Of a stretch of DNA of 64,000 bases, positions 46,371 through 56,338 are shown piece after piece. A program made the position numbers and the translations under genes. Below the pieces are notes generated by a model. It was not told the DNA's origin. It was given only the letters and a program-made list of their open reading frames with translations, and did not search any database. The DNA comes from Dyella sp. (lineage in GTDB: Bacteria > Pseudomonadota > Gammaproteobacteria > Xanthomonadales > Rhodanobacteraceae). The stretch is taken from positions 2,085 through 66,084 of the forward strand of contig NZ_DASRZX010000007.1 in assembly GCF_035685885.1 (NCBI RefSeq). The letters run 5' to 3'. Each line of letters opens with the position of its first letter. The first letter of the stretch is position 1.

Positions 46371-47106
46371 GGTGTGTCCGGATTTTCGAAGGGCGGCGTC
46401 GATGCAGCACAAGCAGGATCACCACCGCCGCCACGGCAAAAGTGAACCACTGGAAAGCGTAGGCGCGATGGCGGGCAGGAGGCATCGCGGAAAAATCGAT
46501 GGTGTGTTCGCGCACGTAGATCGACGTGGGGTCGGCATCCATCGCTAGCACCTGCGGATAAACCGTAGCGCCGAGATCGGCGGCGATTTGCGGCAGCTCG
46601 AGATAGACCGTGGTCTTGGGCCAGTGCACCTGACGAGCGAGGGCATTGCCACCCATCTCGAAACCGACGCCCGGTGCCGGCACATACAGGCCCTGCAGCG
46701 TCTGCTTGCCCGTGGGCAGCGCTGGCAGTTGCGGCGGCTGGTCGGTGCCGTTGCCGGGCAGGAAGCCGAGATCCACCAGCAGCAGACGCTTGCCGCCAAG
46801 TGGACGGAAAGGCGCATAGACTTCCACACCGCCGCGCTGGTCATGCTTGGGGTTGTCGAGCAGATAGAGCTTGCCGGCGATGTATTCGCCTTCGACGCGC
46901 ACGCGCGCAAACGCATTGATGGGGGGCTTTGCGGCCACCGCGGCGAAGTCGCGCGGCGACTCGTTTTCCGCTGCGGCATACCGTCGCAGAATGACTTCCT
47001 TCTCGTCCGCGCGGTGCAGCTGCCACACGCCCAAACGTATGAACAGCAAGGCACCTGCCACCGTGAGCAGCAAGGCAAACCACGAAGGGCGGCGCAGCCA
47101 CTTCAC
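46357..47106 (-). CDS. SURF1-family cytochrome oxidase biogenesis protein
   Basis: LGVWQLHRA, LLVDLGFLP, HRAYAFQWFTFA. Confidence 0.9.
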   Translation of the reverse strand: MKWLRRPSWFALLLTVAGALLFIRLGVWQLHRADEKEVILRRYAAAENESPRDFAAVAAKPPINAFARVRVEGEYIAGKLYLLDNPKHDQRGGVEVYAPFRPLGGKRLLLVDLGFLPGNGTDQPPQLPALPTGKQTLQGLYVPAPGVGFEMGGNALARQVHWPKTTVYLELPQIAADLGATVYPQVLAMDADPTSIYVREHTIDFSAMPPARHRAYAFQWFTFAVAAVVILLVLHRRRPSKIRTHHEQA

Positions 47107-47165
47107 GCAGTGGCACCACGCACGACCGCTATACTGCGGATGTCAAAAACGTTCGGACCAATCAC

Positions 47166-47381
47166 GTGGAAACCATCTACAAATATGCGCTGGTGATCCT
47201 GCTGCTGGTGGTGCTGTTCAACCTTGGTCAGGCCCTGTATTTCATGATGACCGACAAGGACGGCAGCAAGCGCACGGTGTGGGCGTTGACCCGCCGCATC
47301 GGTCTGTCGATCCTGCTCATCCTGATGGTCGTACTCGGCATCTGGATGGGCTGGCTGCACCCGCACGGCGTGGGGCAGTAA
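47166..47381 (+). CDS. DUF2909 twin-TM small protein
   Basis: NLGQALYFMM, ALTRRIGLS, GWLHPHG; usual antisense position in cox clusters. Confidence 0.88.
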   Translation: METIYKYALVILLLVVLFNLGQALYFMMTDKDGSKRTVWALTRRIGLSILLILMVVLGIWMGWLHPHGVGQ

Positions 47382-47431
47382 TTGTAGCGTCACGACGTAG
47401 ACAGCGCTTCGTCGCGCACGCGGTTTCCCCG

Positions 47432-47460
47432 AAGGCCCGCCACTGGCGGGCCTTTGTTTT
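47432..47460 (+). terminator. Terminator after DUF2909
   Basis: aaggcccgcc-act-ggcgggcctt-tgtttt. Confidence 0.75.
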
Positions 47461-47477
47461 GGGGCGAGGCCCTTCCC

Positions 47478-47560
47478 TGTAGGAGCGCACCCAGTGCGCG
47501 AAAAGCCGACGGAGCGGTGACGCCGTTGCTCCGCGATCGCGCACTGGGTGCGCTCCTACA
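47478..47560. repeat. REP doublet
   Basis: tgtaggagcgcacccagtgcgcga (47478-47501) and its exact reverse complement (47537-47560); arms identical to those at 21463. Confidence 0.85.
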
Positions 47561-47572
47561 AAGTCTCGGCAC

Positions 47573-47601
47573 AAAAAAGCCCGCCTTCCGGCGGGCCTTT
47601 T
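47573..47601 (-). terminator. Terminator after coxC
   Basis: aaaaaa-gcccgcc-ttcc-ggcgggc-ctttt. Confidence 0.8.
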
Positions 47602-47620
47602 GCTGCGACGCGCAAGCGCC

Positions 47621-48508
47621 TCAGAGGATGTAGACGAACATGAAGAGGCCCAGCCACACCACGTCGACGAAGTGCCAGTACCACGCCACGGCCTCGAAGC
47701 CGAAATGGTGGTCCTTGCTGAAGTGGCCCTTGGCCACGCGCAGCCAGATGATCGCCAGCATGATGGTGCCCAGCGTCACGTGCATGCCGTGGAAGCCGGT
47801 GAGCATGAAGAAGGTCGAGCCGTAGACACCGCTCTGCAGCGTCAGGTTGAGCTCCTTGTAGGCTTCCATGTACTCGTGCGCCTGGAAGTACAGGAACGTC
47901 GCGCCGAGCAACACGGTGAGCGCCAGGAACACCAGAATCTTGCCGCGATGACCCACCTTCAGCGCGTGATGCGCGATGGTGATGGTGACGCTGGAAGTCA
48001 GCAGGATCAGCGTGTTGAGAAGCGGCAGGCCCCACGGCGCGACGGTCTGGAAATCACCGCCGATACGTTCCGGACCACCGCCGCCGTTGGCGCCCCACGA
48101 AGCGGAGTAGTCGTTCCACAGGAACTGGTGGGTCAGCACGCCATGTCCTTCGCCACCGAGCCACGGCACCGCGAACATGCGGGCGTAGAACAAGGCGCCG
48201 AAGAACGCGCCGAAGAACATCACTTCGGAGAAGATGAACCACATCATGCCCATGCGGAACGAGCGGTCCACCTGGCTGTTGTAGCTGCCGGCGAGCGACT
48301 CGCGGATCACCGAACGGAACCAGCCGAAGAACATCAGCAGGATGCCGACGAAGCCAACGGTGAGTACCGTCTTGCCGAAGCTTGCCTCACCCGGAGGCGC
48401 GTTGAGCCAGTGCGCGGCACCGAACACGGTGACGAACATGACGACCGCGGCCACGATGGGCCAATAGCTCTTGGTCGGTACGAAATAAGCGCCTTGCTGC
48501 TGACCCAT
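47621..48508 (-). CDS. coxC: Cytochrome c oxidase subunit III
   Basis: WFIFSEVMFF, LNTLILLTSS, FFMLTGFHGMHV, WYWHFVDVVW. Confidence 0.96.
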   Translation of the reverse strand: MGQQQGAYFVPTKSYWPIVAAVVMFVTVFGAAHWLNAPPGEASFGKTVLTVGFVGILLMFFGWFRSVIRESLAGSYNSQVDRSFRMGMMWFIFSEVMFFGAFFGALFYARMFAVPWLGGEGHGVLTHQFLWNDYSASWGANGGGGPERIGGDFQTVAPWGLPLLNTLILLTSSVTITIAHHALKVGHRGKILVFLALTVLLGATFLYFQAHEYMEAYKELNLTLQSGVYGSTFFMLTGFHGMHVTLGTIMLAIIWLRVAKGHFSKDHHFGFEAVAWYWHFVDVVWLGLFMFVYIL

Positions 48509-48615
48509 GGTGCGACCCCGTGGATATTTCTTGTTTACTTCCGCCCCCGCATTCGCGGGAACTGCAACCCGTCATGCCTTGGCGGCACCACGGACGGATA
48601 CTGCGGGAAAACGCG

Positions 48616-48744
48616 TCAGGAGTACTTCAGGCCCTGCAGCAGCGACAAAAGAAAGATCGCAATGGCGATGGCGCCGAACACCGTGACGGTGCGTCGCACG
48701 CCCCTCTTGCGCATGTCTTCGATCGTTGCGTTGGCCTGCTTCAT
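48616..48744 (-). CDS. 42-aa single-TM small protein between coxA and coxC
   Basis: MKQANATIEDMRKRGVRRTVTVFGAIAIAIFLLSLLQGLKYS*; GGAGGG upstream; not in ORF track. Confidence 0.65.
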   Translation of the reverse strand: MKQANATIEDMRKRGVRRTVTVFGAIAIAIFLLSLLQGLKYS

Positions 48745-48796
48745 CCGACTCGTTTCCCTCCGCCCCGGCACGAGGCCGGAGCGGTTGAACATTCCA

Positions 48797-50422
48797 TCAA
48801 TCTTCGACGTGGCCGTGGGCCAGTTCTTCGTCGTGGATCACCGGCGGCAGCTCGAACGTGTGGAACGGCGCCGGCGACGGCACGGTCCACTCCAGGCCCT
48901 TCGCGCCTTCCCACACGCGGTCCAGGGCCTTCTTCTTCGAGAACCATACGGCATGCACGATCACGCCGACGAAGATCAGCTGCGAGGCGCCGAACAGGAA
49001 GCCGCCGATCGAGCTGATCATGTTGAAGTTGGCGAACGCGACGTTGTAGTCCGGGATGCGGCGCGGCATGCCGGCCAGGCCCAGGAAGTGCTGCGGGAAG
49101 AACAGCACGTTCACCCAGATCACGCTGTTCCAGAAGTGCATCTTGCCCCAGAACTCGCTGTACATGCGGCCGGTCCACTTCGGCAGCCAGTAGTACGTAC
49201 CGGCGATGATCGCGAAGATCGCACCGGTGACCAGCACGTAGTGGAAGTGCGCCACCACGAAGTACGAGTCGTGGTACTGGAAGTCGGCCGGGGCCAGCGC
49301 CAGCATCAAGCCGGAGAAGCCACCGATGGTGAACAGGATGACGAACGCGATGGCGAACAGCATCGGCGTTTCGAACGTCATCGAGCCGCCCCACATGGTG
49401 CTGACCCAGTTGAACACCTTCACGCCCGTGGGCACGGCGATCAGCATGGTCGCGTACATGAAGAAGATCTCGCCGCCCAGCGGCAGACCCACGGCGAACA
49501 TGTGGTGCGCCCATACGATGAACGACAGGAAGGCGATCGACGCGATTGCGAACACCATTGCCTTGTAACCAAAGATCGGCTTGCGCGCGAAGGTCGGAAT
49601 GATCTCGGATACCAGGCCAAAGGCCGGCAGGATCATGATGTAGACCTCGGGGTGACCGAAGAACCAGAAGATGTGCTGGAACAGCACCGGGTCGCCACCG
49701 CCAGCGGCATTGAAGAAGCTGGTGCCGAAGTACTTGTCGGTGAGCAGCATGGTCACCGCGCCCGCCAGCACCGGCATCACCGCGATCAGCAGGAACGCCG
49801 TGATCAGCCAGCTCCACACGAACACCGGCATCTTCAGGAGATCCATGCCCGGCGCGCGCATGTTGAGGATGGTCGCGATGATGTTGATCGCACCCATGAT
49901 GGAACTGATACCCATCAAGTGGACGGCGAACACCAGATAGGCGACCGAATCACCCTGCAGCGACAGTGGCGGATACATGGTCCAGCCACCGGCCGGGCCA
50001 CCGCCGGGCAGGAACAGCGTGGACAGCAGCAGCGCGAACGCGAACGGCAGGATCCAGAACGACAGGTTGTTCATGCGCGGCAACGCCATGTCCGGCGCAC
50101 CGACCATCAGCGGGATCATCCAGTTGCCCAAGCCCACGAAGGCCGGCATCACGGCGCCGAAGATCATGACCAGCGCATGCATCGTGGTCATTTCGTTGAA
50201 GAAGTATGGCTGCACCAGCTGCAGGCCGGGCTTGAACAGCTCGGCGCGAATCACCATGGCGAAGCTGCCGCCGATGAAGAACATCAGGAGCGAGAACACC
50301 AGGTACAGCGTGCCGATGTCCTTGTGGTTGGTGGACATGCACCAACGCACGAAGAAGTTTGACGGCGCGCCGTGATGATCGTCGTGGTGATCGTGGGTGG
50401 CTGCGTGGGCCATGCCTTGCAC
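48797..50422 (-). CDS. coxA: Cytochrome c oxidase subunit I (aa3, A1 type)
   Basis: TNHKDIG, WFFGHPEVY, WAHH, VVAHFHY. Confidence 0.97.
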   Translation of the reverse strand: MQGMAHAATHDHHDDHHGAPSNFFVRWCMSTNHKDIGTLYLVFSLLMFFIGGSFAMVIRAELFKPGLQLVQPYFFNEMTTMHALVMIFGAVMPAFVGLGNWMIPLMVGAPDMALPRMNNLSFWILPFAFALLLSTLFLPGGGPAGGWTMYPPLSLQGDSVAYLVFAVHLMGISSIMGAINIIATILNMRAPGMDLLKMPVFVWSWLITAFLLIAVMPVLAGAVTMLLTDKYFGTSFFNAAGGGDPVLFQHIFWFFGHPEVYIMILPAFGLVSEIIPTFARKPIFGYKAMVFAIASIAFLSFIVWAHHMFAVGLPLGGEIFFMYATMLIAVPTGVKVFNWVSTMWGGSMTFETPMLFAIAFVILFTIGGFSGLMLALAPADFQYHDSYFVVAHFHYVLVTGAIFAIIAGTYYWLPKWTGRMYSEFWGKMHFWNSVIWVNVLFFPQHFLGLAGMPRRIPDYNVAFANFNMISSIGGFLFGASQLIFVGVIVHAVWFSKKKALDRVWEGAKGLEWTVPSPAPFHTFELPPVIHDEELAHGHVED

Positions 50423-50460
50423 CTCTACCTAAATGCGGAAACTGTGGACGAACTGATTGC

Positions 50461-51411
50461 TCAGCCCTGATGGCCCTGGGAAACGGGTGCCTCGATGGCC
50501 TGCGCGGTGGCAGGAGCGGCAGCGGCCGGTGCAGCCGGTGCGGGCTGCTTGGCCTGCGCTTCCTGCTCCGCCAGCCACTTCTCGAACTCGGCCTTCGGCA
50601 GCGCCTTCACCACGATCGGCATGAAGCCGTGATCCTGGCCGCACAGCTCCGCGCACTGGCCGCGGAATTCACCCGGCTCCTTGATGTTGGTCCAGGCCGA
50701 ATTGACGATGCCCGGGATGGCATCCATCTTCCAGCCCAGCGCCGGCACCCACCAGGAGTGGATCACGTCGCCCGCGGTGATCACGAAGCGGATCTTGGTG
50801 CCCACCGGCACCACCAGCGGCTTGTCCACGTTGATCAGGTAAGTGTTGTAACCGTCGACCTTCACCGAGTTCGGATCGAGGCCCGAGTTGAGCTGACGCG
50901 TCTCGTCGCTCTCGCGGTCGAGCTTGGACATGAAGCCGACCTTCTCGATCGCCTTGCCCTTGTACTCGACGTAGTCGTAGCGCCACTTCCACTGGTAGCC
51001 GGTGACCTTGACGGTCATCTCGGAGCCGGTGGTGTCGGCGAAGGTGCGCAGGCCGCCGGTGGCGAGATACGCCAGCACGATCAGGATGATCACCGGAATG
51101 GTGGTCCACACGATCTCGAGCATGGTGTTGTGCGACCACTTCTCAGCCACCGCGCCGCGCGATTTGCGGAAGCGGAACATCGAAATGAACATCGCGCCGA
51201 ACACCAGGATGCCGATGACGACGCAGACACCCAGGGCGACATTGTTGAGGAAATACGCTTCGGGCGACCATTCGGACGCGCCGCGCGTCATGTTCAACTG
51301 TCCTGGCTGCGGATTGGCGAATGCCACGCCGCCGAACATTGCGATAGCGAAGAGTGCGCATGCCGCGACTGCTCGCTTGATACTGCCAGGCCTGATGCCG
51401 CCAGATGTCAT
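50461..51411 (-). CDS. coxB: Cytochrome c oxidase subunit II
   Basis: GYQWKWRY, DVIHSWW, CAELCGQDHGFM CuA motif; start MTSGG inferred at 51411. Confidence 0.95.
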   Translation of the reverse strand: MTSGGIRPGSIKRAVAACALFAIAMFGGVAFANPQPGQLNMTRGASEWSPEAYFLNNVALGVCVVIGILVFGAMFISMFRFRKSRGAVAEKWSHNTMLEIVWTTIPVIILIVLAYLATGGLRTFADTTGSEMTVKVTGYQWKWRYDYVEYKGKAIEKVGFMSKLDRESDETRQLNSGLDPNSVKVDGYNTYLINVDKPLVVPVGTKIRFVITAGDVIHSWWVPALGWKMDAIPGIVNSAWTNIKEPGEFRGQCAELCGQDHGFMPIVVKALPKAEFEKWLAEQEAQAKQPAPAAPAAAAPATAQAIEAPVSQGHQG

Positions 51412-51431
51412 GTCTTGCACCTTTGTTGAAC

Positions 51432-51917
51432 CTACTTGCGCCGCTGTTGGTTGATCTCCGCCAGCAGCACCATGAGTTTCCTTGACAGCTCGGCGCGTTC
51501 TTCTTCGGCAAGGAACGCCCCGATTTCCAGCTCTTTTCCGTGCGACGCCAGCAGCAGACGACCCCTTCCGTGTCCGGCCCGCAGTTGCACGCGCACCCAA
51601 TACGTGGGAAAGCGCGCACTGCGCCGACCTGGCAGGGATTGCACCTCCAGCGACGATTCGTCGAGGGTGATGCGCTCGCTGCGGTCGCCAGCCCGCCAGG
51701 CGACGCCAAGGGCGAACGCCACTGCGGAGGACTCGATCAGTGCGAACAGCGGAGCGAAGACATTCCCCTGCCACGCGCCGAGCACGGCCGTCGTCAGTGC
51801 CAGCGCCGCCAGTACTCCGATCAATCGACGCAGGTCGCGACGGCTGAGGGCGCGATTGGGCTTGAGCCACATGGTCGCGCACGGCAAGCCGGCAGCAGCT
51901 GGTCGAAGCACGATCAT
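51432..51917 (-). CDS. DUF2244 membrane protein
   Basis: LKPNRALS, FAPLFALIE, EIGAFLAEEER. Confidence 0.8.
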   Translation of the reverse strand: MIVLRPAAAGLPCATMWLKPNRALSRRDLRRLIGVLAALALTTAVLGAWQGNVFAPLFALIESSAVAFALGVAWRAGDRSERITLDESSLEVQSLPGRRSARFPTYWVRVQLRAGHGRGRLLLASHGKELEIGAFLAEEERAELSRKLMVLLAEINQQRRK

Positions 51918-52375
51918 GAGGACCCGGCGTGCCTGGAACCCCGGCATGATAGGCCGCGACGGTGTCGATGGGCAAGAATGCCGCAGGGCCTTGATTTGAA
52001 GCGCGCATGAACACCCTCACGCGCGCGTTGCATCTCACGCAACGCTTGCCTCGCCGACCGTTTGTGTTGCACGTCATGGGTTTGGATCGGCACTGACCGT
52101 CGCCATGCGCGACGCGTCGGGCTGGCGCGGAGGGGTGCGACCGTTTGCCACGGGTCGCACTGAGCGAGCGGATTTTCGCGCCAAGGGGTGATCTGCAGGC
52201 ACCTTTCCTTCAATCGCCTTTCCTGGCTCCCCGGCAGCCGGCGGCCGATCCACCTACATATATATGCGCCCGCGGAACACCCCTGCGGCACCGCAGCACC
52301 GCATACGGATGCGTGCGCCCTACCCCACGCGTACAATTCCGCGATTCCCCACCCGCTCCTCTCGGCTAAGCCTCT

Positions 52376-55300
52376 GTGACCCAACCCATTCTCAGCCCCG
52401 AACTGCCCACCGGTGTCGAACCGGCGCGTGCGCGTATCACCGCCAACTGGCTGCGCGACGAGACCGAAGCCGTCAACGACCTGCTGGCCCAGGCCACGCT
52501 GCCGCACGCCGAACGCGAAAAGGTCATCGACCTGGCCGCCGAGCTGGTGACCCGCGTGCGCGCCCGCGCCAAGGACCAGAGCGCGGTCGAGTCCTTCATG
52601 CGCCAGTACGACCTGTCGTCGGAAGAAGGCGTGCTGCTGATGTGCGTGGCCGAAGCGCTGCTGCGCATTCCCGACAAGACCACCGCCGACAAGCTGATCC
52701 GTGACAAGCTGGGCGACGCCAACTGGAAGAAGCATCTCGGCCAGAGCGAGTCGCTGTTCGTCAACGTGTCGACCTGGGGCCTGATGCTCACCGGCAAGCT
52801 GGTGACGCTGTCGGAGGAAACCCGCCACGACTTCACCGGCGCGCTGCGTCGCCTGGTCGGTCGCGCGGGCGAGCCGGCGATCCGTCTCGCGGTGCGCCAG
52901 GCCATGCGCATCATGGGCCACCAGTTCGTGATGGGTCAGACCATCGGTGACGCCCTGGACCGCTGCGCGCAGAAGGAATATGCGGTCTACCGCTATTCCT
53001 ACGACATGCTGGGCGAGTCCGCGCTCACCAGCGAAACCGCCGAGCGCTACCAGCAGGATTACCGCAACGCGATCGCCTCGATCGGTTCGCGCGGCCCGTT
53101 CGCCAGCCACACCGATGCGCCGTCGATCTCGGTGAAGCTCTCCGCGCTGCATCCGCGTTACGAAGTGGCCAAGCGCGAGATCGCCCGCCGCGACCTCACC
53201 GCCAAGCTGCTGGAGCTGTCGCAACTGGCGATGAAGCAGGGCATCGCGCTGTCGGTTGACGCGGAAGAAGCCGATCGCCTGGAACTGTCGCTCGACATCA
53301 TCGGCGACGTGTTCGCGCATCCCTCGCTGGAAGGCTGGAATGGCCTGGGCATCGTGGTGCAGGCGTACGCCAAGCGCACGCCGTTCGTCATCGACTGGCT
53401 GATCGAAACCGCGCGCGCCACCAGCCGCCGCTGGTACGTGCGCCTCGTGAAGGGCGCATACTGGGACGCGGAGGTGAAGCGCGCCCAGGAAAACGGCCTC
53501 AGCGGCTATCCGGTATATACGCGCAAGCCGAACACCGACGTGTCGTACCTGGCCTGCGCGCGCAAGCTGTTCGACGCTGGCTCGGATTTGATCTACCCGC
53601 AGTTCGCCACGCACAACGCGCACACCATTGCCGCCATCTATCAGATGTCGCAGGGTCGGCCGTACGAAAACCAGCGCCTGCACGGCATGGGCACGGACCT
53701 CTACGCCGAGGTGATCGGCAAGCAGAACCTCAACGTGCCGTGCCGCGTGTACGCGCCGGTGGGCACGCATGAAGACCTGCTGCCTTACCTGGTGCGCCGC
53801 CTGCTCGAGAACGGCGCCAACACCAGCTTCGTCAACCGCGTGGTCGACGAAACGCTGCCGGTGCGCGAACTGGTCGCCGATCCGTGCGAGACCGTGCGCT
53901 CCTTCGCCTCCATCCCCCACCCGCGCATTCCGCTGCCGGTGAATCTCTACGGTGAACTTCGGAAGAATTCCATGGGCGTCAACTTCTCCAACGACAACGA
54001 ACTGAAGGCCCTCGCCGAGGCCATCCAATCGAAGAACGGTCCGTGGACCGCCGAGCCGCTGGTGCCCGGCGCCAAGAGCGCCGGCGCCACCGTGGCGGTG
54101 ACCAACCCGGCCGATCGCCGCCAGTCGGTGGGCAGCTATATCGCCGCCGACAGCGCCACGGTGGAGAAGGCGCTTTCCAATGCGGTTGCCGCCCAGCACA
54201 ACTGGGATCGCCTGCCGGCCGCCAGCCGCGCCGCGATTCTTGAGCATGCGGCGGAGCAGTTGGAAGCGCGTCGCGGCGAGTTCATCGCGCTGTGCGTGCG
54301 TGAGGCCGGCAAGAGCCTGCCCGATTCGATCGCCGAGATCCGCGAAGCCGCCGACTTCCTGCGTTACTACGCGACCATGGCGCGCCGCCTGTTTGGCCAT
54401 CCGGAACAACTGCCCGGCCCCACCGGCGAGAGCAACCAGCTGTTCTTGAACGGCCGTGGTGTGTTCGTCTGCATCAGCCCGTGGAACTTCCCGCTGGCGA
54501 TCTTCCTCGGCCAGGTCAGCGCCGCGCTCGCTGCCGGCAACAGTGTCATCGCCAAGCCGGCCGAGCAGACCAGCCTGATCGGCTACGCCGCGGTGAAGTT
54601 GCTGCACGAAGCCGGCGTGCCGGCCGACGTCCTGCAATACCTGCCGGGCGATGGCGCCACCGTTGGCGCCGCACTGACCAAGGATCCGCGCGTCGCTGGC
54701 GTCGCCTTCACCGGCTCTACCGAGACGGCGTGGGCGATCAACCGTTCGCTGGCTGCGCGCAACGCAGCGATCGCCGCGCTGATCGCCGAGACCGGCGGCC
54801 AGAACGCGATGATCGCCGACTCCTCGGCGCTGCCCGAGCAGATCGTCAAGGACGTGATCTCCTCCGCCTTCCAGTCCGCCGGCCAGCGTTGCTCGGCCGC
54901 GCGCGTGCTGTTCGTGCAGGAAGACATCGCCGACAAGGTGTGCGACATGCTCGCCGGCGCGATGGCCGAACTGAAGGTCGGCGATCCGGGCCAGCTCAGC
55001 ACTGACGTCGGCCCGGTGATCGACGAGGACGCCAGGAAGATCCTGGTCGACCATGCCGCGCGCATGGACAAGGAAGCGAAGAAGATCGGCGAAGTGAAGA
55101 TGGACGCCGCCGACACTGGCAACGGCACCTTCTTCGCGCCGCGCGCCTATGAGATCCCGGGTCTGTCCACGCTGACCCGCGAAATCTTCGGCCCCGTGCT
55201 GCACGTGATCCGTTGGAAGGCGGACGAGCTGCCCAAGGTGGTCGAGGCGATCAACGCCACGGGCTACGGCCTCACGCTCGGCATCCACAGCCGCATCAAC

Positions 55301-55531
55301 GACACTGTGGATTACATCCAGAGCCACGCGCGCGTGGGCAACTGCTACGTCAATCGCAACCAGATCGGCGCGGTGGTCGGCGTGCAGCCGTTCGGTGGCG
55401 AAGCACTGTCGGGCACCGGCCCGAAGGCGGGTGGCCCGCACTACCTGCTGCGTTTCGCCGGCGAGCGCACGCTCACCATCAACACCACGGCAGCCGGCGG
55501 CAACGCCTCGCTGCTGACGATCGGCGAGTAA
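52376..55531 (+). CDS. putA: Bifunctional proline dehydrogenase / P5C dehydrogenase (no RHH domain)
   Basis: SYDMLGE, SVKLSAL, VRLVKGAYW, YLVRRLLENGANTSF, SPWNFP, ETGGQN, GQRCSA. Confidence 0.97.
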   Translation: MTQPILSPELPTGVEPARARITANWLRDETEAVNDLLAQATLPHAEREKVIDLAAELVTRVRARAKDQSAVESFMRQYDLSSEEGVLLMCVAEALLRIPDKTTADKLIRDKLGDANWKKHLGQSESLFVNVSTWGLMLTGKLVTLSEETRHDFTGALRRLVGRAGEPAIRLAVRQAMRIMGHQFVMGQTIGDALDRCAQKEYAVYRYSYDMLGESALTSETAERYQQDYRNAIASIGSRGPFASHTDAPSISVKLSALHPRYEVAKREIARRDLTAKLLELSQLAMKQGIALSVDAEEADRLELSLDIIGDVFAHPSLEGWNGLGIVVQAYAKRTPFVIDWLIETARATSRRWYVRLVKGAYWDAEVKRAQENGLSGYPVYTRKPNTDVSYLACARKLFDAGSDLIYPQFATHNAHTIAAIYQMSQGRPYENQRLHGMGTDLYAEVIGKQNLNVPCRVYAPVGTHEDLLPYLVRRLLENGANTSFVNRVVDETLPVRELVADPCETVRSFASIPHPRIPLPVNLYGELRKNSMGVNFSNDNELKALAEAIQSKNGPWTAEPLVPGAKSAGATVAVTNPADRRQSVGSYIAADSATVEKALSNAVAAQHNWDRLPAASRAAILEHAAEQLEARRGEFIALCVREAGKSLPDSIAEIREAADFLRYYATMARRLFGHPEQLPGPTGESNQLFLNGRGVFVCISPWNFPLAIFLGQVSAALAAGNSVIAKPAEQTSLIGYAAVKLLHEAGVPADVLQYLPGDGATVGAALTKDPRVAGVAFTGSTETAWAINRSLAARNAAIAALIAETGGQNAMIADSSALPEQIVKDVISSAFQSAGQRCSAARVLFVQEDIADKVCDMLAGAMAELKVGDPGQLSTDVGPVIDEDARKILVDHAARMDKEAKKIGEVKMDAADTGNGTFFAPRAYEIPGLSTLTREIFGPVLHVIRWKADELPKVVEAINATGYGLTLGIHSRINDTVDYIQSHARVGNCYVNRNQIGAVVGVQPFGGEALSGTGPKAGGPHYLLRFAGERTLTINTTAAGGNASLLTIGE

Positions 55532-55538
55532 TCGCACG

Positions 55539-55570
55539 ACGGGCCGGTGCCAACACACCGGCCCGTTTCA
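55539..55570 (+). terminator. Terminator-like hairpin after putA
   Basis: acgggccggtg-ccaaca-caccggcccgt-ttc. Confidence 0.65.
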
Positions 55571-55582
55571 TCTGGAGGACGC

Positions 55583-56338
55583 ATGCGGATTGCCCGGCTC
55601 CTCGCTCCCTTCCTGCTCTGCATCACCGCAGCGAACACGCAGGCCTGGCCTCAGGACGCCTCCTTTGCCGATCCCTCGCAACTGGGCGTGGTGGTCAACA
55701 CACGGTATCTCGACGCCGCTGGCAAGCCGCTGGACGCCGTGTCGTTCATGCGTCTGGTCAAAGAGGGCAAGTCGTACAGCAGCACACGCGACACGCGCTC
55801 CGGCGCCGCCATGTCGCGCATCGTCGGCCCAGCATCCGGCCAGCGCGGCCTGACGCTTGCTTTCGGGCGCGGCGATGCGTTTCCGCCGTTTGAATTGGTG
55901 GCACTCGATGGCCGCACACGCCGCCTCGGCGATTTCCAGGGCCGCTACACACTGGTCAGCTTCTTCTTCGCCGACTGCGCGCCATGCATCGCGGAAGCAC
56001 CCATGCTCAGCGCATATGCGCGCGAACACGGCGACATGAATTTCGTGGCGATCACTTATGAGGACGCGATCAACGCGAGCCGTTTCGCGAAAGACCGGCA
56101 CTTCGACTGGCCGATCCTTCACGATGGCCAGGGCCTTATCGACGTGCTTGGCGTCAGCGTCTATCCCACCCTGATGCTGCTTGGCCCGGATGGACGCATC
56201 GCTGGCGCGGCGGTGGGCATCGCGATGCGCGACGATCAGGCCAAGCGCCTGGCCGATCTCAGTGGCTGGATCGAGCAATGGAAGCGCGCGGAACCGGTTG
56301 CGCAGGACAACGCGAAAGCTGCCGGCATCAGCCGATGA
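55583..56338 (+). CDS. TlpA/redoxin-family exported thiol-disulfide protein
   Basis: Signal peptide; FFADCAPCIAEAP; VYPTLMLLGPDG; GGAGG RBS. Confidence 0.82.
   Translation: MRIARLLAPFLLCITAANTQAWPQDASFADPSQLGVVVNTRYLDAAGKPLDAVSFMRLVKEGKSYSSTRDTRSGAAMSRIVGPASGQRGLTLAFGRGDAFPPFELVALDGRTRRLGDFQGRYTLVSFFFADCAPCIAEAPMLSAYAREHGDMNFVAITYEDAINASRFAKDRHFDWPILHDGQGLIDVLGVSVYPTLMLLGPDGRIAGAAVGIAMRDDQAKRLADLSGWIEQWKRAEPVAQDNAKAAGISR

Noticed and set aside
52027-52071. Two GTTGCA hexamers upstream of putA resembling E. coli PutA operators
   Set aside because: This PutA lacks the N-terminal RHH DNA-binding domain and the sites are ~300 bp away; chance occurrence is likely.
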